From positions 1 through 36,035 of the IMG/VR virus record IMGVR_UViG_3300038393_000133: a DNA stretch of 36,035 nt; one strand, written 5' to 3'. The position numbers were made by a program, and so were the translations under genes. This stretch comes from a virus. Taxonomy: Duplodnaviria; Caudoviricetes. Shown piece after piece: positions 1 to 7,375 of the stretch. The notes beneath the pieces are model-generated. The model was not told where the DNA came from. It made no database searches and saw only the letters and a program-made list of their open reading frames with translations. Positions within the stretch are counted from its first letter, which is position 1; each line of letters starts with the position of its first letter.

Positions 1-384
1 GCTCCTGACGCTGGCGCTTCGAAGAAGGCTCGCAAGTTTGCTCAAGAGGGCGGGTTCGCTGGCCTGATTCAAGCTGAAAAGGTCCGGGAACTCTCCACCG
101 GCAAGATTCTGGAGACGCGTATCAGCATGGAAGGGCACAATCATGATAGTGACCACGACTTCCTGATCGTGGACGACATCTGCGATGGTGGCCGTACGTT
201 CACGGAACTGGCGAAGGTTCTGCGTCCGTACACCGATGGAAAGATCATGCTGTACGTAACGCACGGTATCTTCAGTGCTGGTCCTGAAGTGTTTGACAAC
301 CTGATCGATGTTGTGTACACTGCTAATCCTGTCGGCGTTACTGGCAAAGCAGCCGTGGAATCCGGCAAAGTAACAAGACTGTAA
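1..384 (+). CDS. prs: PRPP synthetase-like protein, 5'-truncated by the window edge (likely Adps, the ADPR-PP synthetase of NARP1)
   Basis: Frame 1 is open from base 1: APDAGASKK...AEKVRELSTGKI...FLIVDDICDGGRTF...LYVTHGIFS. These are the PDxG, KxR, PRPP-binding VDD and THG motifs of the ribose-phosphate pyrophosphokinase C-terminal domain. Lies next to a Nampt-like gene. Confidence 0.9.
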   Translation, partial: APDAGASKKARKFAQEGGFAGLIQAEKVRELSTGKILETRISMEGHNHDSDHDFLIVDDICDGGRTFTELAKVLRPYTDGKIMLYVTHGIFSAGPEVFDNLIDVVYTANPVGVTGKAAVESGKVTRL

Positions 385-410
385 GAACCACTACCAACCA
401 AGGAGAAAAC

Positions 411-512
411 ATGGACAAGGAACAAAAGACTACCCTCATCATCATGGCTACCGGCGTTGCCGGTCTGATCCTGATGGTGTTTGCATTCGGTGCTTACCGC
501 GCATTCGCTTAA
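411..512 (+). CDS. 33-aa single-pass membrane peptide (MDKEQKTTLIIMATGVAGLILMVFAFGAYRAFA), not in the ORF track
   Basis: Strong RBS (AAGGAG, 5 nt before ATG 411), TAA at 510-512, fills the gap between the two enzyme genes, one ~20-aa hydrophobic stretch. Confidence 0.8.
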   Translation: MDKEQKTTLIIMATGVAGLILMVFAFGAYRAFA

Positions 513-531
513 CCAACCAAGGAGAATAACA

Positions 532-2094
532 ATGAAAGTCAAACCGCACCTGATCCTCGATTCGTACAAGCTGGGCCACATCGACCAGTACCCGGCAGGC
601 ACTCAGTACGTGTATTCCAACCTGACGGCTCGTTCGGCTGGTCACGCCAAGATGGGCAAGCTATACGACAACAAGGTGGTGTTCGTCGGCCTGCAAGGCT
701 TCGTGAAAGAGTTCCTGATCGAAGCATGGAACGAGTACTTCTTCAAGCGCCCGAAGGACGAAGTGATCGTTGAATACAAGCGCCGCTGCGACAACTTCCT
801 CGGCCCAGACTCGGTACGAGTCGATCACATCGCAGCTCTGCACGATCTGGGCTATCTGCCGATCATCATCAAGGCACTGCCGGAAGGTTCGCGTGTGGAC
901 ATCAAGGTTCCGTTCCTGACAATCCGCAACACGCTGCCGCAATTCTTCTGGCTGACGAACTACCTCGAAACCGTTCTGTCGGACGAGCTGTGGCAACAAA
1001 TCACGGTAGCGACCATTACGTACGAATACCGTCGCATCCTGAACAAGTACGTGGAACTCACCGACTCCGACATCGGCTTTGCCGACTGGCAGATTCACGA
1101 CTTCTCGATGCGTGGTATGGTCGGCTGGCACGGTGCAGCCAAGGGCGGCGCTGCTCACCTGTTCGTCTCGCGTGGTACGGATACGCTCCCGGCTATCGAC
1201 TATCTGGAAGAGTATTACAACGCCGACGTGACGAAGGAACTGGTGGCTGGTTCGGTCCCGGCTACGGAGCACTCCGTAATGTGCATGGGCGGCAAGGACG
1301 ATGAAATCGGTACGTTCCGCCGTCTCATCAAGGACGTGTACCCTTCTGGCATCGTGTCCATCGTTTCGGATACGTGGGACTTCTGGCAAGTGATTACAGA
1401 GTATGCGAATACGCTGAAGGATGATATCCTGAACCGTACGCCGAATGCTCTGGGCCAAGCCAAGGTAGTGTTCCGTCCGGACTCTGGCGATCCTGTCAAG
1501 ATCATCACGGGTTACACCGATGACGAGTTGTTCTTCGTTGACGGTAAGATGATCCCGAAGGCTTCGATGACCGTTGACAACATCGACGGTACGCCGATCA
1601 CTGAGGCGGAACGTAAAGGCGCTGTCGAATGCCTCTGGGATATCTTCGGTGGCGATCTGACGGCCAAGGGTTACAAGACCCTGAACCAACGCGTCGGCCT
1701 GATCTACGGTGACAGTATTACGCTGGAGCGTGCGGAGCAAATCCTGCAACGCCTGATGGACAAAGGCTTCAGTGCCGGTAACATCGTGTTCGGTGTTGGT
1801 AGCTTTACGTACCAATACATCACTCGCGATACGTTCGGGCAAGCTGTAAAAGCGACATGGGGAGTTGTCAACGGAGTTCCACGCGAGATTCAGAAAGACC
1901 CTAAAACTGGAGATGGGATGAAGAAATCCGCCACTGGCTTGCTCAGGGTTGAAAAAGAGGGAGATACTTTTGTTCTGTATGATCGTCAGAGCGTCGGTGA
2001 CGAACAGCGAGGTATGTTGGAGACGGTTTTTGTAGATGGACAACTGCTTCGTGAAACCACTTTCGCAGAGATTGTAGAAAGGCTCCGTACGTAA
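532..2094 (+). CDS. nadV: Nicotinamide phosphoribosyltransferase-like protein (likely Namat of NARP1), 520 aa
   Basis: Motifs DSYKxGH, HDFSMRG, GTDT, VPATEHSVMC, SIVSDTWD, RPDSGDP, GLIYGDSIT, FGVGS, TRDT, KDPKTG..KKSATG. Start placed at ATG 532 behind the RBS AAGGAG, not at 481. Confidence 0.93.
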   Translation: MKVKPHLILDSYKLGHIDQYPAGTQYVYSNLTARSAGHAKMGKLYDNKVVFVGLQGFVKEFLIEAWNEYFFKRPKDEVIVEYKRRCDNFLGPDSVRVDHIAALHDLGYLPIIIKALPEGSRVDIKVPFLTIRNTLPQFFWLTNYLETVLSDELWQQITVATITYEYRRILNKYVELTDSDIGFADWQIHDFSMRGMVGWHGAAKGGAAHLFVSRGTDTLPAIDYLEEYYNADVTKELVAGSVPATEHSVMCMGGKDDEIGTFRRLIKDVYPSGIVSIVSDTWDFWQVITEYANTLKDDILNRTPNALGQAKVVFRPDSGDPVKIITGYTDDELFFVDGKMIPKASMTVDNIDGTPITEAERKGAVECLWDIFGGDLTAKGYKTLNQRVGLIYGDSITLERAEQILQRLMDKGFSAGNIVFGVGSFTYQYITRDTFGQAVKATWGVVNGVPREIQKDPKTGDGMKKSATGLLRVEKEGDTFVLYDRQSVGDEQRGMLETVFVDGQLLRETTFAEIVERLRT

Positions 2095-2095
2095 G

Positions 2096-2124
2096 TTGAC
2101 AAGGAAGGCATCGTAGTGTACAAT
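2096..2124 (+). promoter_or_regulatory. sigma70-type promoter upstream of the HNH gene
   Basis: TTGACA (2096-2101), 17 nt, TACAAT (2119-2124); the spacer ends in CGTAGTG. Confidence 0.8.
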
Positions 2125-2149
2125 GGAACATTTAGAAAGGTACTAATCC

Positions 2150-2713
2150 ATGAAATACGAAGATGTCTTCTACTATGACGAAACGAGTCCGTCCTGCCTC
2201 CGGTGGAAAGTCAGCAGATACTCAGGGCGAGGTTATAAACGTCTCGTCGTATCCGCCGGTGCTCCTGTAGGTAGTGTAGACTCAAACGGCTACTACACGA
2301 CCCCGTTTAACGGGAGCAACACAAGATGCCATAACATCGTTGCGGAGTTGTGTGGGCTAGATGTCCCTGACGGGTATTTGGTAGACCACGAGAACAGGAA
2401 CCGCCTCGACAACAGGATCGGGAACCTGCGTGTAATCAAATCCATCCTAAACGTCAGGAACCGTAAGAAACACTCCAACAATAGCACTGGCGTCACAGGA
2501 GTTTACAGGTACACAAATACAATCAACGGCGTAGCTTACAACTACTACGTAGCCCAGTGGGATGAACTGAACGGCAAGCGGCGTGTCAAACGATATAACA
2601 TCGCGACATACGGTGATGCCGAAGCCTTCAGGCTGGCAACTGAGAAAAGGAGCGAGATGATTAACAAACTAAATGCCGAGGGAGCTGGTTACACTAGCGG
2701 CCACGGAACGTAA
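2150..2713 (+). CDS. HNH homing endonuclease with C-terminal AP2-like DNA-binding domain
   Basis: YYDETSPSCLRWK N-terminus; H...VDHENRNRLDNRIGNLR HNH motif; NNSTGVTGVY...YG.AEAF.LA...R AP2-like domain. Confidence 0.88.
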   Translation: MKYEDVFYYDETSPSCLRWKVSRYSGRGYKRLVVSAGAPVGSVDSNGYYTTPFNGSNTRCHNIVAELCGLDVPDGYLVDHENRNRLDNRIGNLRVIKSILNVRNRKKHSNNSTGVTGVYRYTNTINGVAYNYYVAQWDELNGKRRVKRYNIATYGDAEAFRLATEKRSEMINKLNAEGAGYTSGHGT

Positions 2714-2725
2714 GAAAGAAGCACT

Positions 2726-2983
2726 ATGACACTAGACATCTTCGGTAATCCTCTATATACTGGTGATGTTGTCGTGTTCGCGGACGGAACCATCGCTGGT
2801 TCCGCCGTGTTGGAAGTGTACGAGGTAGAAGAGGTAATCGGGGAAAATACAGTCAGGGCTACCCTGATGTCCGGTCAATATGCCGGGAACGAATTCTACC
2901 TCCAATACACCGACAAGCGTTGCGCATTGATTCGTAACGTGTACAAGACCGCAGAACTTTTTCGTAGTACCTCTATCAACTAA
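2726..2983 (+). CDS. hypothetical protein, 85 aa
   Basis: Collinear ORF filling the gap; DIFGNPLYTGDVVVF N-terminus is typical of small phage beta-rich proteins. Confidence 0.7.
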   Translation: MTLDIFGNPLYTGDVVVFADGTIAGSAVLEVYEVEEVIGENTVRATLMSGQYAGNEFYLQYTDKRCALIRNVYKTAELFRSTSIN

Positions 2984-2998
2984 CAAGGAGAAATAACA

Positions 2999-4393
2999 AT
3001 GAAACAATCGAAAAACTACATCGGCTTCGTCAACGATCACTCGGGTTCGATGGCCGGTAAGCGTGCTGAGGCAGCAATCATTGACTACAACGCCAACATC
3101 ACGGCGATCAAGGATGCAGCAAACGCTGAACTGCTCGACACCGTTGTTTCCGTCGTCGGCCTCGGCATCGGCAACTCCCCGCTCGGCGGTTACGCCAACG
3201 GCACGGAACGTCAGGTCGTCATCTCGAATCCACACGTCCTGAAGCCTGTCTCCGACTGGCCGACTCCGGGTAACACCCCGCTGTACGACGGCGTGGGCGA
3301 CATGATCGAACTGCTCGAATCGCTGCCGGATGCGAAAGACTCGCACGTTTCGTTCCTCGTGATGACCACGACGGACGGTGAAGAGAACGGTTCCCGTCGC
3401 TACAGCGCTGGCTCGCTCCGTCGCAAGATCGAAGAACTGCAACGTACAGGCCGCTGGACCTTCGTGTTCCGTATTCCGAGAGGCTACCGCAGCTACGTCA
3501 GCAACCTCGGCGTCCCGGCTGGTAACATCGTGGAATGGGAAACGACGGCAGAAGGCATGGCGAAAGCTACGGCTGCTACCACGCAAGCAATGCACAGCTT
3601 CTACGCTGGCCGTTCGGCAGGCAAGTCCAGCTCGACCGTGTTCTACGCTGACGCAACCGCAGTCGATACGTCGAAGCTGGTGGACATCTCGAAGCGTACG
3701 TCGCTGTATGTGGTGGAAGCTTACGAGAACGGTATCCAGATTCGTGACTTCATCCTGAAGCGTCGTCAGCGTTACCTGAAGGGTGCAGCGTTCTACCAAC
3801 TGACGAAGACGGAAGCCCGCGTCCAGCCGTCGAAGATGATCGCTGTCCGTGATCGCGACACTGGCGTAGTGTACGCTGGCAAGGAAGCGCGTACGATGCT
3901 GGGCCTGTCGTCGGTGGACAACATCCGCCTGCACCCCGGCAACCACGGCAACTTCGATCTGTTCATCCAGTCGGAATCGGTGAACCGGAAGCTGGTGGCT
4001 GGTACTGGCGTGCTGTACTGGGAAGAAATCGGCGTACCGTTCACCCAAGAAGAGATCGACCGCTTCACGGGTAATGCAGCACCGAAACCTGCTGCCCCGG
4101 CTGTTGTGCAACTGCCTGCTGTCCCGGTGACGAACAAGCCGACGCCTTCGCCGCTGAAGCCGACTCCGAAAGCTACCCAGGCTCCGGCTGTGGTGTACGC
4201 TACCGGCAAGCCGAAAGCGATTACCCCGCCTCCGGGTGGCCGGGTGCGTTACCATGCTCCGACTACGAACTCGCTGTTCTACTCGACTCGTGACATCGCT
4301 CGTGAAGTGGCTCACTCGATGCCGGGTAAGAAGCAGTACGATGCAGGTCCGCAGGCACAACACGGTCGTCGTTTCTTTGTCGATGCTGCGTAA
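2999..4393 (+). CDS. von Willebrand factor A (vWA) domain protein with Pro/Ala-rich C-terminal linker
   Basis: MIDAS-type motifs FVNDHSGSM (DxSxS), GNTPLYD and VMTTTDGEEN; strong RBS AAGGAG; strongly biased codon usage. Confidence 0.85.
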   Translation: MKQSKNYIGFVNDHSGSMAGKRAEAAIIDYNANITAIKDAANAELLDTVVSVVGLGIGNSPLGGYANGTERQVVISNPHVLKPVSDWPTPGNTPLYDGVGDMIELLESLPDAKDSHVSFLVMTTTDGEENGSRRYSAGSLRRKIEELQRTGRWTFVFRIPRGYRSYVSNLGVPAGNIVEWETTAEGMAKATAATTQAMHSFYAGRSAGKSSSTVFYADATAVDTSKLVDISKRTSLYVVEAYENGIQIRDFILKRRQRYLKGAAFYQLTKTEARVQPSKMIAVRDRDTGVVYAGKEARTMLGLSSVDNIRLHPGNHGNFDLFIQSESVNRKLVAGTGVLYWEEIGVPFTQEEIDRFTGNAAPKPAAPAVVQLPAVPVTNKPTPSPLKPTPKATQAPAVVYATGKPKAITPPPGGRVRYHAPTTNSLFYSTRDIAREVAHSMPGKKQYDAGPQAQHGRRFFVDAA

Positions 4394-4412
4394 TAATCTC
4401 TAAAGAGATTGC

Positions 4413-4441
4413 TTGACAGGGTAGATAGGAAGTACTACAAT
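4413..4441 (+). promoter_or_regulatory. sigma70-type promoter
   Basis: TTGACA (4413-4418), 17 nt, TACAAT (4436-4441); the -10 lies in the loop of an inverted repeat (4421-4434 / 4441-4454). Confidence 0.75.
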
Positions 4442-4460
4442 GCTTCCTGTCTACTGAAAC

Positions 4461-4489
4461 TTGCAATCAGTCCTAGCATATGTTATACT
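4461..4489 (+). promoter_or_regulatory. second tandem sigma70-type promoter with extended -10
   Basis: TTGCAA (4461-4466), 17 nt, TATACT (4484-4489) preceded by TGt. Confidence 0.7.
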
Positions 4490-4511
4490 ACTACCTTTAA
4501 GGAGGTAGTAG
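4488..4511 (+). promoter_or_regulatory. hairpin sequestering the RBS of the HNH gene
   Basis: CTACTACCT (4488-4496) pairs perfectly with AGGTAGTAG (4503-4511), covering most of GGAGG and ending just before ATG 4512. Confidence 0.75.
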
Positions 4512-5081
4512 ATGAACGAGATTTTTGAGTACGATGAAACAAGTCCTTCGGGGATGAGATGGAAAGTTGACAGATATACGGGCCACTCCAAGACACGAAA
4601 GCATATCACCGCTGGAGATGTAGCTGGGCACTGGAGCAAAGCAGGTTACTGGACTGTCAACGTCAACAACAAAGCCTACTATGTGCATCGTGTTATCATG
4701 GAACTGCATGGTTACGATATAGACGGACTTGAGGTTGACCACCGTGACAAGAATAGATCGAATAACAAGCTAAGTAATCTTCGTGTCGTGCCTAGAGTCT
4801 TTAACTCCCGGAACATAACGATGAGGGATGACAACTCAAGCGGAGTGACTGGTGTTGTATGGCAAGAGTCAAAGTACAGCACCGTCGCCACTGCTTGCTG
4901 GCAAGAAGCTGGACGGCAACGTCGCAAGAGTTTTTCAGTTGGTAAGTACGGGCTGCTAGAGGCGTTTGCCAGAGCGGTCCAGTTCAGAAAAGAAACCATC
5001 CAGAGGCTTAATACCGAAGGATATGACTATACGGAAGGGCACGGAAATGACGCTACGGATCGAGAGCGGGGATTTGTTTAA
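4512..5081 (+). CDS. HNH homing endonuclease with AP2-like domain (paralogue of 2150..2713)
   Basis: FEYDETSPSGMRWK; YYVHRVIMELHG; VDHRDKNRSNNKLSNLR; DNSSGVTGV; KSFSVGKYG..EAF..A; YTEGHG. Confidence 0.88.
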   Translation: MNEIFEYDETSPSGMRWKVDRYTGHSKTRKHITAGDVAGHWSKAGYWTVNVNNKAYYVHRVIMELHGYDIDGLEVDHRDKNRSNNKLSNLRVVPRVFNSRNITMRDDNSSGVTGVVWQESKYSTVATACWQEAGRQRRKSFSVGKYGLLEAFARAVQFRKETIQRLNTEGYDYTEGHGNDATDRERGFV

Positions 5082-5505
5082 CGCTGCAATGGGTAAGCGA
5101 GTTATCATTGCGCACGGGTGTAACTCACAAGGGAAGATGGCGTCTGGTTTCGCTGGTATCGTCAAGAAACTTTACCCATTTTGCTACGACGCTTACATGC
5201 AGGAGCATAATGACTTCGGGCTGGTGGGTGGCGATGTAGTCTTTGCTACATCAAAGGATAGCAAGGTAGTAGTAGCTAATGCAATCACACAAGAATTCTA
5301 TGGACGAGACGGCAAAAAATATGTAGACTATGACTGGGTAGTGGATTCGATGCTGAAAGTCGCTGCCTATGCAAAGCAACACAGTCTGCCTGTCATCCTG
5401 CCGATGATCGGCGGCGGTCTGGGCGGTGGTGACGTGAAACGCCTGAAGGCGATCTTCGAAGCCGTCTTCTTCGATGTGGATGCTACGCTGTACGTGCAAG
5501 AATGA
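5047..5505 (+). CDS. macrodomain (ADP-ribose binding/processing) protein, 152 aa
   Basis: GDLF, IAHGCNSQGKMASGFA..VKKLYP, VANAITQ and LPMIGGGLGGGD are macrodomain motifs. Start placed at ATG 5047 (MTLRIESGDLF), which overlaps the end of the HNH gene. Confidence 0.88.
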   Translation: MTLRIESGDLFNAAMGKRVIIAHGCNSQGKMASGFAGIVKKLYPFCYDAYMQEHNDFGLVGGDVVFATSKDSKVVVANAITQEFYGRDGKKYVDYDWVVDSMLKVAAYAKQHSLPVILPMIGGGLGGGDVKRLKAIFEAVFFDVDATLYVQE

Positions 5506-5597
5506 GGCGCTTCTTCGGTTGGCTGAAGAAGCTGCTCCTTGAGGATAAGCCCCATCCGAAAGGTGATGAAATGTACCGGGGTAAAACAATTGAATAA
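5502..5597 (+). CDS. 31-aa peptide (MRRFFGWLKKLLLEDKPHPKGDEMYRGKTIE)
   Basis: ATGA start/stop overlap with the macrodomain gene; ends at the RBS of the next gene; amphipathic N-terminus. Confidence 0.55.
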   Translation: MRRFFGWLKKLLLEDKPHPKGDEMYRGKTIE

Positions 5598-5608
5598 GGA
5601 GTAATACA

Positions 5609-5767
5609 ATGGACTTTATTTTGGGCTGCTTCACTATCCTGTGCTTCGTCGGCTGGATTCTGAACATCGTGAAACTGCTGAATATGTGCGGTGACACGCT
5701 GGTACTGGCTCTTCGTGTGCTCGGTATCTTCTTCCCGCCGCTGGGTGCATTCCTCGGCTTCCTGTAA
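5609..5767 (+). CDS. 52-aa two-helix membrane protein
   Basis: RBS AAGGAG; MDFILGCFTILCFVGWILNIVKLLNMCGDTLVLALRVLGIFFPPLGAFLGFL with two hydrophobic segments. Confidence 0.8.
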   Translation: MDFILGCFTILCFVGWILNIVKLLNMCGDTLVLALRVLGIFFPPLGAFLGFL

Positions 5768-5804
5768 TACGTAACACTACCAACTAACCTAAAAGGAGAA
5801 TCAA

Positions 5805-6086
5805 ATGTTCGCATATCAATACCAATACATTCGTGCCAAATTCCTGAGCATCCCGCTCGTCCGTCGCATCCTGAAGATCAAGGATGAGGTTCGCAAGGTC
5901 GATAACGTCCTGACGGCGTTCAACGCGGCCGTGGCCGATCTGGAGCAAGTGGCTGTTCAACACGCTGGCATCGCCGTGGCACATGCCCGTGAAATCGAGC
6001 AACGTACCGCTGCCAAGCTCGCTGCTGAAGCCGAATCGCTGAAGGCAACGAACATCGCTGCCAAGATGAAGGCGGTGTTCCAATGA
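5805..6086 (+). CDS. hypothetical helical protein, 93 aa
   Basis: RBS AAGGAG, biased codons, Ala-rich coiled-coil-like C-terminus. Confidence 0.8.
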   Translation: MFAYQYQYIRAKFLSIPLVRRILKIKDEVRKVDNVLTAFNAAVADLEQVAVQHAGIAVAHAREIEQRTAAKLAAEAESLKATNIAAKMKAVFQ

Positions 6087-6319
6087 AGGTGGATACAAAG
6101 CCGAAGGTATTCACTCCTGTCACGCTAACACTGGAAACCGAAGGGGAAGTCCGCTTTTTCCGTGACGTGATGGGCAAGACTACCAACAGGACGGACACTG
6201 CGTACGGGATGGATACTAGCGTATCGCAGAGGGTGTTCGACGCGCTCGATAAGGTTTGCGACGACTTCGACATCAAACGTCCGACGAACGTAGACATCAA
6301 CTTCAAAATGGGGGAGTAA
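6083..6319 (+). CDS. hypothetical protein, 78 aa
   Basis: ATGA overlap with the upstream gene; collinear. Confidence 0.7.
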   Translation: MKVDTKPKVFTPVTLTLETEGEVRFFRDVMGKTTNRTDTAYGMDTSVSQRVFDALDKVCDDFDIKRPTNVDINFKMGE

Positions 6320-6320
6320 C

Positions 6321-6749
6321 ATGACCACGAAGCAAGCAGCTCTGATCGAATACAGCCGCGAAATCGGCCCTCGTGTTCGTGACATCATTAACAAGAAGCA
6401 GATCATCAAGGACTTCATCACGACCGATCAACGTGCCGTCGAAATGGCTGAAGAAGCCAAGGCTGCGTCCGAAGCTGCCAAGGCCGAGTTGAAGAAGTAC
6501 GTCGAAACGGAGAACGCCGAACTGCTCGAAGAAATCAAGGAGCTGGAGAAGGAACTGACGCTCGCCATCAAGGCTGCTGCACGTTCCACCAAAGGCACTC
6601 CCCGTGAGTTCAAGGCCGGTGAACTGAAGCCGTACTTCGTCGCCCGTAACAAGCCGTTCGAACAAGGCAAACCGTCCCCGGTCAAGAAGGTGATCGTCAA
6701 GGGCGATATGTTCGAAGTGTTGGAAGCCATCCTCGGCAAAGACGACTGA
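6321..6749 (+). CDS. hypothetical coiled-coil protein, 142 aa
   Basis: RBS GGGGAG, biased codons, E/K/A-rich helices. Confidence 0.8.
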   Translation: MTTKQAALIEYSREIGPRVRDIINKKQIIKDFITTDQRAVEMAEEAKAASEAAKAELKKYVETENAELLEEIKELEKELTLAIKAAARSTKGTPREFKAGELKPYFVARNKPFEQGKPSPVKKVIVKGDMFEVLEAILGKDD

Positions 6750-6753
6750 CAAT

Positions 6754-6795
6754 AAAAAAAAAAAAGGAGGGAGGACCATAACAGTCCTTCCCTCC
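6754..6795 (-). terminator. intrinsic terminator at the convergence of the two transcription arms
   Basis: Stem GGAGGGA-GGAC / GTCC-T-TCCCTCC (6766-6795) next to A12 (6754-6765), which is a U12 tail on the minus strand. Confidence 0.8.
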
Positions 6796-6820
6796 AACCC
6801 ACCCTACCACGAGTGTTCCA

Positions 6821-7363
6821 TTACTTAGCTGCCGGTGGCGTCGATGCTGCCAGCAGCTTTGTCTTTTCTGCCGATCCGCTTGTGCTACCGAAGTAGTAGC
6901 TGATAACGCCGGTCCACGCCGTACCCAGCGTACCGAGCATGATATACAACACTTCCTTCGTACCGTCCGGAATCTTCCCGAACATCAACGCTGCCAACAC
7001 ACTGAAGAAGCCAATCGTAATCGCATAGGCCAGAATCTTCGGTGTGTTGTCCTTCACGTCCGCTTCACGCTTACGGGCTGAATCACGATCCGTTCCCGCC
7101 AGCTCTTCACGCTTGATACCTAGTGTTTCCATCTGCACAGCGTAGTCCTGATCCGCTTTCTTCAGGGCCAGCAGTTGATCGGGCGTAGCCCCGCTAATCG
7201 CCGCTACAAGCGCTTCTTGCTTGTCGGAGGTAGTTCCATCCGTCTTCAAGCCGAAAACGCCTTCTAGGGCCGCTACAGCCCCTCCAGCGAGGGGTCCGCC
7301 AATCGCTGTTGCCAGCGTAGGAGCGATCTTCGTCAGAACGCTACCCAAATCCTTGAAATCCAT
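6821..7363 (-). CDS. putative holin
   Basis: N-terminal PTLATAIGGPLAG segment, DRDSAR motif, two C-terminal TM helices ending ISYYFGS; adjacent to the endolysin. Confidence 0.7.
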   Translation of the reverse strand: MDFKDLGSVLTKIAPTLATAIGGPLAGGAVAALEGVFGLKTDGTTSDKQEALVAAISGATPDQLLALKKADQDYAVQMETLGIKREELAGTDRDSARKREADVKDNTPKILAYAITIGFFSVLAALMFGKIPDGTKEVLYIMLGTLGTAWTGVISYYFGSTSGSAEKTKLLAASTPPAAK

Positions 7364-7375
7364 ACCGCATCCTCT

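Noticed and set aside
481-531. Longer ORF-track starts (481, 4966, 13107, 22674, 25716)
   Set aside because: They overlap other genes or regulatory elements. Downstream ATGs at 532, 13032, 22602 and 25650 have clear RBSs, and 5047 matches the start of the macrodomain fold.
661-2043. 460-aa minus-strand ORF opposite the Nampt-like gene
   Set aside because: Antisense shadow of a strongly codon-biased gene; no motifs or RBS.
2753-4363. 536-aa minus-strand ORF opposite the vWA gene
   Set aside because: Shadow ORF with Arg/His-rich non-protein-like composition; the plus strand carries clear motifs.
6754-6765. A12 homopolymer as a phase-variation tract
   Set aside because: It is intergenic and explained as the U-tail of the minus-strand terminator.
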